Source: Heterodontus francisci | Taxonomy: Eukaryota | Direction of reading: 5' to 3' | Length of the DNA: 64,000 nt | Assembly (NCBI RefSeq): GCF_036365525.1 | Contig: NC_090374.1 | Span: 58,085,174-58,149,173 of the forward strand | Shown here: in pieces, positions 49,411 through 62,827 of the stretch | How positions within the stretch are numbered: the first letter of the stretch is position 1 | Layout of the letters: every line of letters begins with the position of its first letter | Translations under genes and position numbers: made by a program | Notes under the pieces: generated by a model | Seen by the model: the letters and a program-made list of their open reading frames with translations, nothing else | Database searches by the model: none | Told to the model about the DNA's origin: nothing

Positions 49411-50991
49411 GACCTAACCCCCAATTTCTGGCTCCCTACAACAGAACTACAACAGTTTTGTCACGTGCACCTCCACCACCACCCCCACCCCCACCTCCCC
49501 CCCAAATAATGGAATTTCAAGGCCTAATACATTATAGAAAAAATAATAATCTGTAATTTACAAGATTCACTTATAAACATACCTTGTCTAGGATCTCCTT
49601 TAATACTGTACCATGTGTACACACTTCTCACTATTGTTGTAAAAATGATACTGAAGTTGCTGGAATGGCACATCTTATGGTGAGAGCCGTGCATGGGATT
49701 CTTTACTGAATCCTTCAGATTGCACTATATTTGCACCGTAATTTGCTGGAAATGTACACTGATAACAGTGTGTCAACATTGACACTGTCTATGGGACCTT
49801 GTGAATGGTGTATCTCCTTAACCAAAAAAATTTAAAGATGGAGAAAGAAATACAGTGAACAACAAAGAAGGAAATAGAGTAAATTAGAGTCATATTAGAT
49901 ACAGAATGAGAAATAAAGAGATGGAGTTAAGACAGAAAAAGAGACAGAAAGGAAATACAAGAAAAAAATTAACAAAAACAAACAGAAGAAGATAATGTGG
50001 GAAACCAGTTTTGTTTGGGTCCTTGACAATTAATACCACATGATTGGCTGGGTAGCTATGTGAAATGTACATTCTTAATCATACATTGTATCCCAAAATT
50101 ATTCTGTGATAAAAATCTATCTAATTTTCATTTCTGAATGTCAAAACAGCTTTGCATCCTGAAAATTATTTTCTTCTGATACTAACAGGAGGTGTGGGTG
50201 ACAAGACTGGCACAAAAATACTGCCAGTACAGAAAAGATAAAGTTTAAAAAACCTCTAGGAACAATTTACTACCTGCTAGAGGGAGACTCCTTAGCTTCA
50301 TTTGGTCCCTATCTGAGTCTCCAAAGTTGAGCTTCATGTTGGGACTACATATCATGTCATTAACAGGATCCTTACAGCATAAATTACCAACCCTAATGGC
50401 AGCACCTAGATAACTTCACAACTATAGTGCAAATCTAGCAATTTCATAATATGCCATGAGTTTCAATGGTGAGGCTCACAGTGAGGTTGCAATTTTTTTC
50501 ATATTGTCGAGGATAACGGTGGAGCAGAGTGGCACAAAATGTCCAGCAATTCGTGGTGAATCGAAACTCCTGGCATATCTCCTCTGCAACACACAATGCT
50601 TTTGTTTATTCACTAATAATTGCAGGTGCCATAAACATGTCATTATTTTCCAGACATTTCTGGACCAATATGTCATCAGCAGATATGGGGCTTATCAAAT
50701 GGAAAGTCTATCTGCTTTATATTTTGATTTTACCATCCTTCCCTCACAAAGGTGAGTTTAAATGGATCGTCAATATGGGAGATTTAACAGAGATATCCCA
50801 TTGTTACTGTACTCAAAGTCAATCTCCTGATTTCCTTCTCCTAGAACTTATTACTGCCTGCTAGTTAGAGGCTGACCCTGAATGTAAACTTTTCTGTGGG
50901 ATTGTTTATGGTACGATACTGATACATAAAAGTCAATCAATAATGGCTCTGTTCTGTTATACAAAAACTGTCTTTTTTCTCCTTTTTGTAG

Positions 50992-51098
50992 GATTTAACA
51001 ACTCAGACCGCATGTGTGACAAAGAATTTATAATACGTAGGGCAGCTACAAATCGTGTTTTGAATGTCCTTCGACACTGGGTTTCCAAACACTCTCAG
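50992..51098 (+). CDS. RASGRF2: RASGRF2 internal exon (107 nt)
   Basis: Encodes [36 protein letters not shown]. Strong polypyrimidine acceptor (tcttttttctcctttttgtag), donor GTACAG at 51099. The next expected exon (DFE...) was not found in the window. Confidence 0.96.
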
Positions 51099-52559
51099 GT
51101 ACAGAATTTTAGACCTTTGGAATAGTGCATACAACATGAATTCAAATAATTCCCTTTGCATAAATAACCTATTTCCCACAACATGTTGTTCTTTTCTGAA
51201 GAGTTAATCATTTTCTGCTATGAAGTTTCTTGCACACTTGATTACAATGGAGATTGATCAAAAACTAAAATGTTCCTTACTCTAATGTGGTTGTAATGTG
51301 ATAGATTGTTGGACTAATAATTCATGCAGGTAGCTTGGTTTAATTTGAGCTATGAACATGGTAACTGTGCACTCTTGGTGAAAATATTTTTGTGTGATTA
51401 GAATGAAGCACAAAATCATTTAGTTGACAGTGGTAAACCTAGGTGTGGGTAGAAAGTGGTTTGAGATGTGCCATGGAAAACCAGCAGCTCCCTGATTCCA
51501 CCCCAACACTCCAACATGCCATGCCCTACTCAGCAGGAGCAACAGGAAAATATTTAAATGAGCTGACTGTGACAAATATGAGGCAGTCCTGTCCTAATTT
51601 ATTTCCCTTAAATCAGCCTCAATACATGAGATTTCAAAAAGGCGCTGCAGCCTCAAACTAATTTTGCTGCAGTGTTTTTTCAATTGTGTGACTATGTCAA
51701 AAAATCTCTCAATGCATTAGCATTTAAATCTTAAATAAAATGATCTTTGCCAGAGATTACCTCGGGTTAATAGGTCCAACTAAGGATAACTCAAGTTATT
51801 GCCCTTCATAATCCATATTGATCTTATTCTTCTTTCCCAGAATACCCTGATAAGCTAGCATAAAAAATAGTAAAATCAGCTATTTTAATGTCTACTGGTG
51901 TCACTGGTTGGGGACAGAGCTATTTCAGAGCTTCCATTAGCCCCATAAAATTAATTTACCTACAGTGAGTCAGTGATAAGTGAATTCAAGAGATGAATGC
52001 TTCAGGCATACACTGTTTAACATTTCTAGTAATAATATACATTACAGAAAGTTCTCTTGCATTTTCTAAAGGTGCTTGTTTTACTTCCACATTCACTTAT
52101 CTTCCACTCAGCGATCAGTCTGCGTTGTCAAGAGACACTGTGTAAAAGAACTTAAACCTGTCATACAGTAGCACAGTGCTTCGTTGAGACCTTTGGTTGC
52201 TCCAGCCTTGTACTAAGAACCAGAGCCCCTAGCAGAGTCTTATCTTTTCCTGATATCACTTCTGCTTCCCAGTAAGATACATTCTCCAATCTTTTCTACT
52301 GAGAATCATTTCTTGATTTAGTTGACAATCGCAATTCCTAACACAGCCTTTTCATTGTTTAAAATAAGTTTGCTAATTAGCACCTCACCTAACAATTCCC
52401 CCCCTTGAACAAAGCAGCATTGCATGCAGTGATAACTCATTGTCCATATTCAAATTTGATGGATGGTATGACTCAGAGATTGATCTGATGATGCCTATAG
52501 CTCCTCTCTTGGCCCTTATTCCTTGGGATAGAATGTTTCTGAATACCTACTTATACCCC

Positions 52560-52705
52560 ATATGACCATACGAATTAGGAGCAGAAGTAGGCCATTCGGC
52601 CCGTCAAGCCTGCTCCGCCATTCAATAAAATCATGGCTGATCTGTTTCTGTCTCGAATAACATACTCCCATCTACCCCTGATAATCTTTGATTCCCTTGC
52701 CATTC
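52560..52705 (-). mobile_element. CR1 3' UTR fragment
   Basis: ggagcagaagtaggccattcggcccgtcaagcctgctccgccattcaat. Confidence 0.7.
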
Positions 52706-55700
52706 CCTTTCACCCCGAGAATTATAGAGAAGGTTCAGGTGGAGGGAGAAGTATTAGTTCTGGTGACTCCAAACCAGCCAAAAGAGTCTGATTCTCAGAA
52801 CTGCTGAAACAAACTGTTATACAACAACTAGGGCCTAGAAATTTGATCACGCCATGCCTGTTGTTTGGGTGCTAAATGGGCACCTAAGTCTCCAGTATGG
52901 CAAGAGAAAGCACATGATAATTTCAAGCTGGAAGCGCACTGACAACCATATTACATCGGCCTTCTCTGTAGTCATGCACAGCAGAAGCCAGAACTATTTA
53001 AAGTAATGAATAACATATTCATTTTAGAGTCCTGCACTTCTTGCAGAACCCTTTTCTTATTTTGATATGCTCTGGGGCCTTGACATCTAGTTATGCCAAT
53101 GTTAAACTGTGAGAGAAAAGGATGGCTGAAAGTGGGCACAAGGTCTTTTTCCAAGTCCTAATGCCTACTAAACCCCACTTACACTATAAAGTTTGACACA
53201 TTATTAGAGTGAAATTGAAGTAGTGCAAAATGGACAATAACAAATTGGCTTCAATGGAATAGAAAATCACGAGGCTGTAAAACGGGCTGCCAAGTCGTTT
53301 TCGTCTGTTTTGCATTGCCTCTGATGACCAATCTGGTACAGATTGTATTCCAGACTGGACTGTAGGGACTAAATCGCTCTGAACTCTGTGAAATAGAACA
53401 CAAGTAAAGTAGCATCGCTCTGCCACAAAAGCAGAAGATACTGCAAAAATACAGCATTCTGTCATCCTCAGTAAAGAGAAAAGGCAAGTTCATATTTTTG
53501 GTGATAACCCATAATCAGAACGGTCAGTTTGGCAAGTTCACTTGTCTGTCACACTGCACCTTTTACATTGATGTGACTACATTGACACAGAAAGTGCCCA
53601 TTAATTGGTCATTATAGAATAAAAATGCTCCATCCAGCAGTTCCTGATCTCAAAAATAATGTCAGGAGAAGGAACTAGTTTCACCAGGGATTAAAAAATG
53701 CATTTTAATTTTAATTTTTGATACCTGCACTGATTTCAAATTGGCTGACTGATAATATTCTATGTAAATTATACATTTTTTCCCAGCCTTACCATATTTG
53801 CAGTCTCTTTGCCTTATCCGATTAAATGACTACAAATATAAGAGATAGAGCAAGGTGGTGTCTATCCTGCATTAAAACCCTCAAGGGATTTTCTTTTTCT
53901 CTCAAACGCTAGCCAAATCTTTGACTGAATCAAATTAATGAGAGGCGCTGTTGGTTTGTTTGAATAGGAGTTTGACAGCCACTTTACAGTGGGTACTCAA
54001 AATCCACAGCAGAATATTGTAATTTCCTGAAATTTTTTAGGGCAAATATGTCAGATCTCCTCTGTGAGCGTGGAAATATATTTGACAATTTGACAATACC
54101 TTGAGGCGCTAGTATACTCTCAGCCTTCCTCATTGCTGTGATGCAATCAGATTATAAAGGAGCTAAGAATTGATAAAACTATTGTGGTAATAACTGAATG
54201 TAATGATGGGATTGATTTTGATGACGCCCATTACATGAGAATGGTCTTACAAACAGCCATAGAAACAAATAATATCCAGTAAACTGAAAATTTGCATTAA
54301 TCTTACGAGCTACAAAGCTTGCAGTTTTTAAAACATTTTCCTTGTTCACAGAGACCAGCATACTAAGTGACTTTTCTATTAGTTATTATTTGTATGATTT
54401 TTAAGAACTCATTAAGAAACGTATGTAAACATCTCCCTCATCGCATCTCTGGAGATAGGCCTAGCAGTATTTTTGGGGAAGTGCATGTAAAACATTTGAA
54501 ATGAGGTTAACACAGCCTCTGCCATGTTTCTTGCCATTTTTCTTCTTTGAATGCCAGCTGCCAAGGCTGCCTTTTAAGGGTTGGCATGCAAGGATCAATT
54601 GTTAATGAATTATTAATAATCTTAAGAGTTACAAAAGTCCCTGCGTAGGAACCGAGCATATGCAATAGTCAGCTGACTAGAAGTCAATGGGTTTCAATAC
54701 TTCAGGCCACAGCTAGAATACTGTGTACAGTTCTGGTCACCACATTACAGGAAGAATGTGATCGCATTGAAAAGGGTTCAGAGGAGATGCTATTGCCAGG
54801 AATGGGGAATATTAACTCTGAAGAAAGATTGGATATGCTGAGGTTGTTTTCTTTGGAACAGGCCAGTCAGTTCAGTCCAATCTCAGTGGTGGGCAAATTA
54901 TTGGAATCAATTCTGAGACACAGGATAAGCTGTCACTTAGAAAGGCATGGATTTGTTAAGGGAAGATCGTGTCTGACCAACTTGATTGAATTTCTTGAGG
55001 AAGTAACAAGGAGGATTGATGAGGGTAGTTTAGTTGATGTGGTTTACATGGATTTTGACAAGTTCCCACGTGGCAGACTGCTTAAAAAAAGGGCCATGGG
55101 ATCCAGGGGAATGTAGCAAGCTGGATACAAAATTGGCTCAATGGCAGGAAACAAAGGGTAATCTCCGACACTTCCCTTCCCTTCCTTGACTTCTCTGTCT
55201 CCATCTCTGGGGATAGGCTGTCTACTAATATTCATTTTAAGCCCACGAACTCCCACAACTACCTCGACTATACTTCTTCACACCCTGCCTCCTGTAAGGA
55301 CTCCATTCCATTCTCCCAGTTTCTCTGTCTCTGATGCATCTGCTCTGATGATGCAACCTTCCACAGCAGCGCATCTGACATGTCTTCCTTTTTCCTCAAC
55401 TGAGGATTCCCCCCCACTGTGGTTGACAGGGCCCTCAACCATGTCCGGCCCATTTCCCACACTTCTGCCCTCACCCTGTCCCCTCCCTCCCAGAACCACG
55501 ACAGGGTTCCCCTCGTCCTCACTTACCACCATCCTCCACATCCAAAGGATCATCCTCCGCCATTTCCGCCACCTCCAGCGGATGCCACCACCAAACGCAT
55601 CTTCCCCTCCCCTCCCCTGTTAGCATTCCGAAGGGATCGTTCCCTCCACGCCACCTGGTCCACTCCTCCATTACCCACGACACTTCGTCTGCCTTCCTAT

Positions 55701-55712
55701 GGCACCTTCCCA

Positions 55713-56478
55713 TGCCATTTTGGTCGGAAGAATAGAAAGGCAAATTATTATCTAAATGGAGAGAAACTTCAGAGTGCTTCGAGCAGAGGGATCTGGGTGT
55801 CCTCGTGCATGAATCGCAGAAAAGTAATATTCATGTGCAGCAGGTAATATGGAAGGTAAATGGAATTTTGGCATTTATTGCTAAAGGAATAGAGTATAAA
55901 AGTAGGGAAGTGTTGCTGCAACTGTACAAGGCATTAGTGAGACCGCACCTGGAGTATTGCATACAATTTTGGTCCCCTTACTTGAGTAGGTTCACTAGAT
56001 TGATTCCAGAGATGAGGGGTTTGTCTTATGAAGAGAGATTGAGCAGTTTAGGCCTTTACTCTCTAGAGTTTAGAAGAATGAGAGGAGATTTAATTGAGGT
56101 ATATAAGATGATTAAGGGGATTGACAAAGTAGACATAGGGAGGATGTTTCCTCTTGTGGGGCAATCTAGAACGAGAGGTCATAGTTTTAGGATAAGGGGT
56201 AGCAGATTTAAAACAGAGATGAGGAGAAATTACTTCTCTCAAAGGGTCGTGAGTCTGTGGAATTCACTATCCCAGAGTGCGGGTGGATGCCGGGACATCG
56301 AGTAAATTTAAGGAGGAGATAAGACAGATTTTTAATTAGTAAAGGGTTGAAGGGTTATGGAGAACGGGCAGGAAAGTGGAGTTGAGGCCGAGATGAGATC
56401 AGCCATGATCGTATTGAATGGCAGAGCAGGCTCGAGGGGCTGAATTGCCTACTCCTGCTCCTAGTTCTTATGGTCTTC
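55713..56478 (+). mobile_element. CR1 3' fragment nested in Penelope
   Basis: LYKALVRPHLEYCIQFWSP...; tail ttcttatggtctt; the Penelope sequence resumes at caggaggtgtaatacc. Confidence 0.9.
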
Positions 56479-57127
56479 ATCACAGGAGGTGTAATACCTG
56501 CCCTTTTACCTCCTTTCTCCTCACTATCCAAGGCTCCAAACACTCCTTTCAGGTGAAGCAGTGATTTACTTATACTTCTTTCAATTTGGGATATTGTATT
56601 TGCTGCTCACAATGTGGTCTCCTCTACATTGGGGAGACCAAATGCAGATTGGGTGACCGCTTTGCGGAACACCTCCAGTCAGTCCGAAAGCATGACCCCA
56701 AGCTTCTTGTTCTTTGCCATTTCAACACTGCCCCCTGCTCTCATGCCAACACTTCTGTCTTTGGCCTGCTCCAGGGTTCCAGTGAACATCAGTGCAAGCT
56801 CGTGGAGTAGCACCTGATCTTTCGATTAGGCACTCTACAGCCTTGCAGACTGAACTTTGAGTTCAATAACTTCAGAGCCTGACTGGCTTTTTTTAACCAT
56901 GTGCCTGCTTTTCATGTAGTCAGAGTTGCTCATTATTCTGCAATTAACACTTTCTCTGGACTAATGCTTTGTCTTTCACCACAAGCATTAACACGCTCTT
57001 TGCCTTTGTCCCAGGACAGCTTTGTTATTTAATCTCCCTCTGCCCTATCACACACCTTCCCCTTTGTTCTCTCCCCCACCCCCTCCCCTTCAATTGCTTA
57101 AAACCTAATTCTTTACCAATCTTTGCC

Positions 57128-57164
57128 AGTTCTGATGAAAGGTCACAGACCTGAAACGTTAACT
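57128..57164 (+). ncRNA. Minimal type I hammerhead ribozyme motif with an intact core
   Basis: AGTT-CTGATGA-A-AGGTC-aca-GACCT-GAAA-CG-TT-AACT: stem I, conserved core, stem II, 1-bp stem III with palindromic ACGT, and a GUU triplet at 57158-60. Confidence 0.75.
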
Positions 57165-58859
57165 TTGCTTCTCTCTCCACAGATGCTGCCAGACCTGCTG
57201 AGTATTTCCAGCACTTTTTGTTTTTATAACAAAGGGTAATTGTTGACGGGTGTTTTTGCGACTGGAAGGCTGTTTCCAGTGGGGTTCCACAGGGTTCAGT
57301 ACTGGGCCCCCTGCGTTTTGTGGTATATATTAACGATTTGGACCTAAATGTAGGGGGAATGATCAAGACATTTGCAGACGACACAAAAATTGACCACATT
57401 GTTAATAGTGAGGAGGATAGCTGCAGACTGCAGGAAGATATCAATGGACCGGCCAGGTGGGCAGAAAAGTGGCAAATGGAATTTAACCCAGAGAAGTGTG
57501 AGATGATGCATTTGAGGAAGTCAAACAAGTCAAAGGAATACACAATAAATGGAAGGATACTGAGAGGTGTAGAGGAAATAAGGAACCTTGGAGTGTATGA
57601 ACACAGATCCCTGAAGGTAACAGGACAGGTCGATAAAGTGGTTAAGAAGGCATATGGAATCCTTTCCTTTATTAGCCGAGGTAAGAGCTGGAATTATATA
57701 AAACATTAGTTAAACCACAACTTGAGTACTGTGTACAGTTCTGGTCACCTCATTACAGAAAGGATGTAATCACACTAGGGAGGGTACAGAGGAGACTTAC
57801 AAGGATGTTGCCAGAACTGGAAAAATGCAGCTATGAGGAAAGATTGGATAGGCTGGAGTTGTTCTCCTTGGAACAGAGAAGGCTGAGGGGAGATTTGATT
57901 GAAATGTACAAAATTGTGAGGGGCCTGGATAGAGTGGATGGAAAGGGCCTATTTACCTTAGCAGAGGGGTCAGTGACAAGGGGGCATCGATTTAAAGTGA
58001 TTGGTAAAATGATTAGAGGAGAGATGAGTAAAACTTTTTTCAACCAGAGGGTGGTGGGGGTCTGGAACTTGTTGCCTGAAAGGGTGGTAGAGGCTGAAAG
58101 CCTCATTTCATTTAAAAGGTACCTGGATGTGCACCTGAAGTGCCGTAACCTGCAGGGCTACGGACCAAATGCTGGAAAGTGGTATTGGACCGGGTGGCTT
58201 TTCTTTTCGGCCGGCACAGACACAATGGACCAAGTGGCCACTTTCTGTGCCATACACTATCTATGATTCAATGACCTATTTACCTTAGCAGAGAGATCAG
58301 TAACCAGGGGACATAGATTTAAAGTAATTGGTAGAAGAAATAGAGGGGAGTTGAGGAGATATTATTCACACAGAGGGTGGTGGGGATCTGGAACTCACTG
58401 CCTGAAAGAGTTGTAGGGGCAGAAAGCCTCGTCACATTTAAAAATGCTTGACTATGCACTTAAAGGGCTGAATTTGCGCTGTTGTTTAAAACATGTCCAG
58501 TGACGTGGAGGGACAGAGAATTGCAGCTGAGTCGTCCGCCATGAAATATGACATTGTTCTGTAGTTTTCCGATTTTGTCAGAGGTGGGGGCATACCATGG
58601 CGGCATTGATGCCCCAACGTGACGGGAAAGTAATTTAAATCAATGAAATGCTATTTGAATTTAAATGTAATTATTTCCAATGTAATGACTGGAACGTGAT
58701 TTTGTAGATGGTGTGCGGCACTCTTGTGCCTTCAGCTTTGCGATCATTTAAAGCTGGCAGCACCGAGGCAAAAGGTCTCAATGCCGTGACGGGGAGGTAT
58801 CTTGACCATTGCAGCATAGGGGAAGTGGGGGATTCTGCAGCCATTGCTGCTCTGCTGAT

Positions 58860-59050
58860 TTAGGATCTGCAAGGGGCTGTGGTTATCGGGGGCACTGCAA
58901 GGGGGCTGTGTGTACTGGGGGCCTCTGCAATGGGGCTATGCATACTAGGGGCCTCTGCAATGGGGCTGTGTGTATGGGGGCTCTGCAAGGGAGTTATGTG
59001 CATCTAGGCTCTGCAAGGGGCTTGTGTGTGTTGGGGGCTCTGCAAGTGCT
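58860..59050 (+). repeat. Minisatellite, about 7 degenerate copies of a 28-30-bp unit
   Basis: Unit approximately gggcctctgcaaggggctgtgtgtactgg. Confidence 0.85.
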
Positions 59051-59226
59051 TAGGTTGGGTGCGGGTGGGCATTAGAGGGTCGCATAACTGCTGTGTTATT
59101 GTGTGTTGTCAGTAAGTTTGAGTTCTGAGGTACCAGGCATTCCGCCGAGAAAATATTGATAAGCATAGTTGCTGAGGCAGGCTTGTCTCTGCATCTGAAG
59201 CAATCTGAGGCCCTAGGACACCCGCC

Positions 59227-60424
59227 ATGGGTCTAATACACCCTGTGTTTTTGGATCCTCTTGGCGTTTTGAGGCACCTCTAACAGAGACAGGCCCAAGA
59301 GGCAGCTGGGACAGACCCTGAAGCTCCATAACAAGAGCAGCAGTAGCTGGCCAGGCCAAGAAGGGCCCAAGCACGCTAGAGAGTCTACAGGACTTGCAGC
59401 AGCTCCCTCCAAATGTCTGAGCGACATTCTCAGCAAAGACTACTACTCTCCAGGGAGGCCATCACCAATTTATGTGGCCTTCTGCAGGGCGATTTGCAAC
59501 CTATGGGATTTGGGGGCGACCCTGTATCAGTGGACCTAAAGATTATAGTGGTACTAAACTTCTGCGCATCTGGATCTTTTTAGGAATCCACAGGGGATGT
59601 GTGGAGTCTCTCAGGCAGCAGCCCACTGCTGCATCAAGGAGGTGACCAGTGCCCTCTTCAAGAGGGCGAGCGACTATGTGTGCTACCGGATCAACCCTGG
59701 CAGTCAAGTCAAAAGGGCCATCAGGTTCGGGGCCATCGCTGGATTCCCCCAAGTGCAAGGTGTGATAGGTTGCATGCATGTGGCCATCAAGGCTCCCACA
59801 GACGAGCCAGCCACCTTCATCAACAGGAAGGACTTCCATTCAATCAACATTCAACTGGTCTGCGACCACTGAAAGCTTTTCCTGCAGGTGTGTGCCCGCT
59901 TCCCGGGAAGCAGCCACAACGCCAACATACTTTGACAGTCCCAGGTGCCTCAGCTTTTCAATCCCCCCACTCGCCTTCAGGGATGGATTCTCGGGGACAA
60001 GGGCTAACCATTGAAGACATGGCTTCTGATGCCTGTGAGGAACCCTCGCAATGCAGCAGAGGAGAGATACAACACTTTCCAAGGCTCCACCCGAGCAACC
60101 ATTGAGCAGGCCATTCGGCTGTTGAAAATGAGGTTCCGCTGCCTTGATTGATCTGGTGGAGCCCTGCAGTCTGCCCCGGCGAGGGTTTCGGATATCGTGC
60201 TGGTTTGCGGTGCTCTACACAATCTAGCCCTGCAGAGGGGGGAGGCCTTATATGAGGAAGATATGCCTGAGCGACAACCATCCTCCAATGACGAGGACGT
60301 AGAGGAGAGACAGGCGCATCCAGCGATGGATGATGAGAACATGGCGCTGGAGGCCAGACACGTTGAGCGATGTGCAATGGAAGAAAGAGACAACCTCGTA
60401 ATGACCCGCTTTCAGCCACCCTGA
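59227..60424 (+). pseudogene. Harbinger (HARBI1-like) DDE transposase, disrupted
   Basis: GFPQVQGVIGCMHVAI, FINRKDFHSINIQLVCD, PGSSHNA, WILGDKG, IEQAIRLLKMRFRCL and ALHNLA motifs; several in-frame stops. Start position approximate. Confidence 0.9.
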
Positions 60425-60676
60425 TGTCCACTTAATGAGAACCTGATAAAGACTCACCTTCATGCATGTAGTCTCCCGCCTCCTTCCCATCTGTGTTACT
60501 TGAATGCCAACCAGCTGCATTGTGTGCCACTGCCCATGGTAGAGCATATGTTAATGAGATCTGCAGTCATATTGCCATGGTAATGAGGGCGTGGTCACAT
60601 TGGCACTGCACTAAGGGGTAGGGTGGAAGTCAGAAGCTCACAATTAAGAAGTGTTGGAACATGGTTTTCACATATT

Positions 60677-61025
60677 AGAGTCATAGAGAGATACAGCACT
60701 GAAACAGGCCCTTCGGTCCACCAAGTCTGTGCCGACCATCAACCACCCATTTATACTAATCCTACGTTAATCCCATATTCCCTACCACATCTCCTCTTAC
60801 ATTAATCCCATATTCCCTACCACCTACCTGCACTAGGGGCAATTTACAATGGCCAATTTACCTATCAACCTGCAAGTCTTTGGCTGTGGGAGGAAACCGG
60901 AGCACCCGGCGGAAGCCCACGCAGTCACAGGGAGAACTTGCAAACTCCACACAGGCAGTACCCAGAACCGAACCCGGGCCGCTGGAGCTGTGAGACTGCG
61001 GTGCTAACCACTGCGCCACTGTGCC
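60677..61025 (-). mobile_element. V-SINE (HE1-like) inserted in the Harbinger element
   Basis: Reverse complement of the 34284-34633 family; (c)atatt flanks both ends. Confidence 0.9.
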
Positions 61026-61069
61026 ATATTGATGGCCAATGATTGGCTGTTTAAAGAGCATTTAATTAA

Positions 61070-62827
61070 ATTCCAAAGAACATATTTCCAACACCCGTGA
61101 ATACCCATGTGTGCCTAGGTGCTTTTCTTAATATGCTTGCGACTGCTGCTACATGGATTGACCCCTGCAATAGCAACTGAACAGGAGGTAGGCTGCCCCT
61201 TAGTCTGTGATGACTATAGCGGCCATCCTCTGGATGCCTGAGGCCTTGAGGGCCCGGCTGCCTAAGGGTTTCATGCACGGTGCAGGATTCTCCTCAGGCA
61301 TCGTGGCTGCAGGAGCTGGGCTCATTGGCAGAGGGGCCAAAGATCCAGTGTCCATATTCGAAGCAGCCTGAGGGGAGCCCCCTGATGTGGAGGGCAGCCT
61401 GTCCTCCTCCCTCTGAAGTCTTGCTGGAACCTTCCTGATCACCATAGGACGAGGAGTGGGAGAAGCCTCCAGTCTCCTGGTCCTTCTCTTACCTTGCCAC
61501 TGCTGAGTTGAGCTCATGATCAAGGCAATGGTGAGCAGGTCCCAGAGCATCTGTGAAATCTACTCTCCACGAGGGTCACCAACATCCCAATGGAGGAAGC
61601 CATGCACTTGTATGCCTGAGACATGGCAGCAGTCATGGCATGGATGGACTCCTCCATCGTCATGGGCATGGCCTCTGGCATTTCCACCAGATGTTGCCTT
61701 ACCTCTCCCTGCAACTGCAGCATGCCCTGTGCTGTCAACACCAGAGGCTCGTTGTCAATCTGGGGCTCAGCATAGGCCTGGCCACCCACAGTCCTCCGAC
61801 TGTTGGAGGCCTTGGCTGCCTCAGCCTCAGCCAGCTGCTCTGGTGCATGTGCAGTGCTCACACCAGCCTGTGACCCTGATTCTGATGCAGATCGATTACC
61901 CACCGAGGCACTGGTGGAAGGTGCAGGAGTGTCATGGGACAGTGCATCCTCTGAGTGGTCCTCCTCCTCAGAGGTTAACACATATCCCTGTAGCCACAGT
62001 CACCTGCGAACGCCTACCTGCCTGAGAGAACACAAACATGTGTGACTTAGGCTGCACATATGCCTTTATGGCAAACATGCCTGAGGTGGTTCTCCATTAT
62101 TCCTGAATTTTTTGATGAACTGCAGTAGGCACTCTATTGCGCAGCAATCCAGTCTCCCCACCTGATATAGTGCATCTGCCTTGGATCCCCCTTAGTTCTA
62201 AATCCTCTTCCTCAGCCTGGCTTCGAGGACAAATTTCTGGGACCCCTCCACCAGACTTGGCCGGCACCGACCTGTTATGGGCCCTCTTCTGCTGCACGAG
62301 GAAGGATGGAGAAATTATAAACTAGCATTAGTATCACCATGACAGTCCTGCTACTATGGGCCCCTTGTCCCCAACTGGGGGATCTGATATATCTCATGAT
62401 GACACATGTTGTCATGGGATTTGCTGGGGGTGAGCTATGAACAAGGGTGGCGTGCGGCCCAGATGCAGGCATGTATCTGTCATTGATGAGGTTATAACCT
62501 CTCTGTCATCGCACTGACAGTGGCAATCTCATCGTGTTGCACACCCTGTATTCACATCCAAACCCCAGAAAAGAGCATTGGAACATAGCACACACCTTGG
62601 CAGGAGGTCGTTGACCCTCTTCCTGCATTGAACTCAGTTGCGTCAGGTAACTCTATGGCTGCTGATCTCCTTTGCAATCTCCATCCAGGCTTGCTTGCTC
62701 AGGCAGGAGGACCTCTTCTTGCCATCGCTGGGGAAGGCAGCTCCCGCCTTTCCCTTGCAGCCTGGCGAGGAATCTGCAGGGAGGCATCACTGAAACATGG
62801 GGCCACCCTTGGTCAACCCTCTGCCAT
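61070..62827 (-). pseudogene. Harbinger Myb/SANT-like DNA-binding gene, spliced and disrupted
   Basis: First exon RVAPCFSDASLQIL...KQAWMEIAKEIS...VQCRKRVNDL; later segments QKRAHN...SGGGVP and an acidic low-complexity exon. Exon limits approximate. Confidence 0.75.

Larger units (their letters stand above)
55163..57227 (+). mobile_element. Penelope-like element, 5'-truncated, split by CR1 at about 55713-56478
   Basis: Collinear with 36777-40716; GIY-YIG motif YCICCSQCGLLYIGETK; 13-bp TSD AACAAAGGGTAAT at 55150-62 and 57228-40. Confidence 0.9.
54700..58272 (+). mobile_element. Rearranged CR1 LINE, split by a Penelope element at 55163-57227
   Basis: HGFVKGRSCLTNLIEF lies before the break, and RVIVDG...GVPQGS...FADD after it, running to the 3' UTR. 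Confidence 0.88.

Noticed and set aside
58860-59050. CRISPR-like array
   Set aside because: The units are degenerate tandem copies without unique spacers, in eukaryotic DNA with no cas genes.
59227-60424. Host HARBI1 gene
   Set aside because: It has multiple stops and lies between TIRs with a TSD, so it is a transposon copy.
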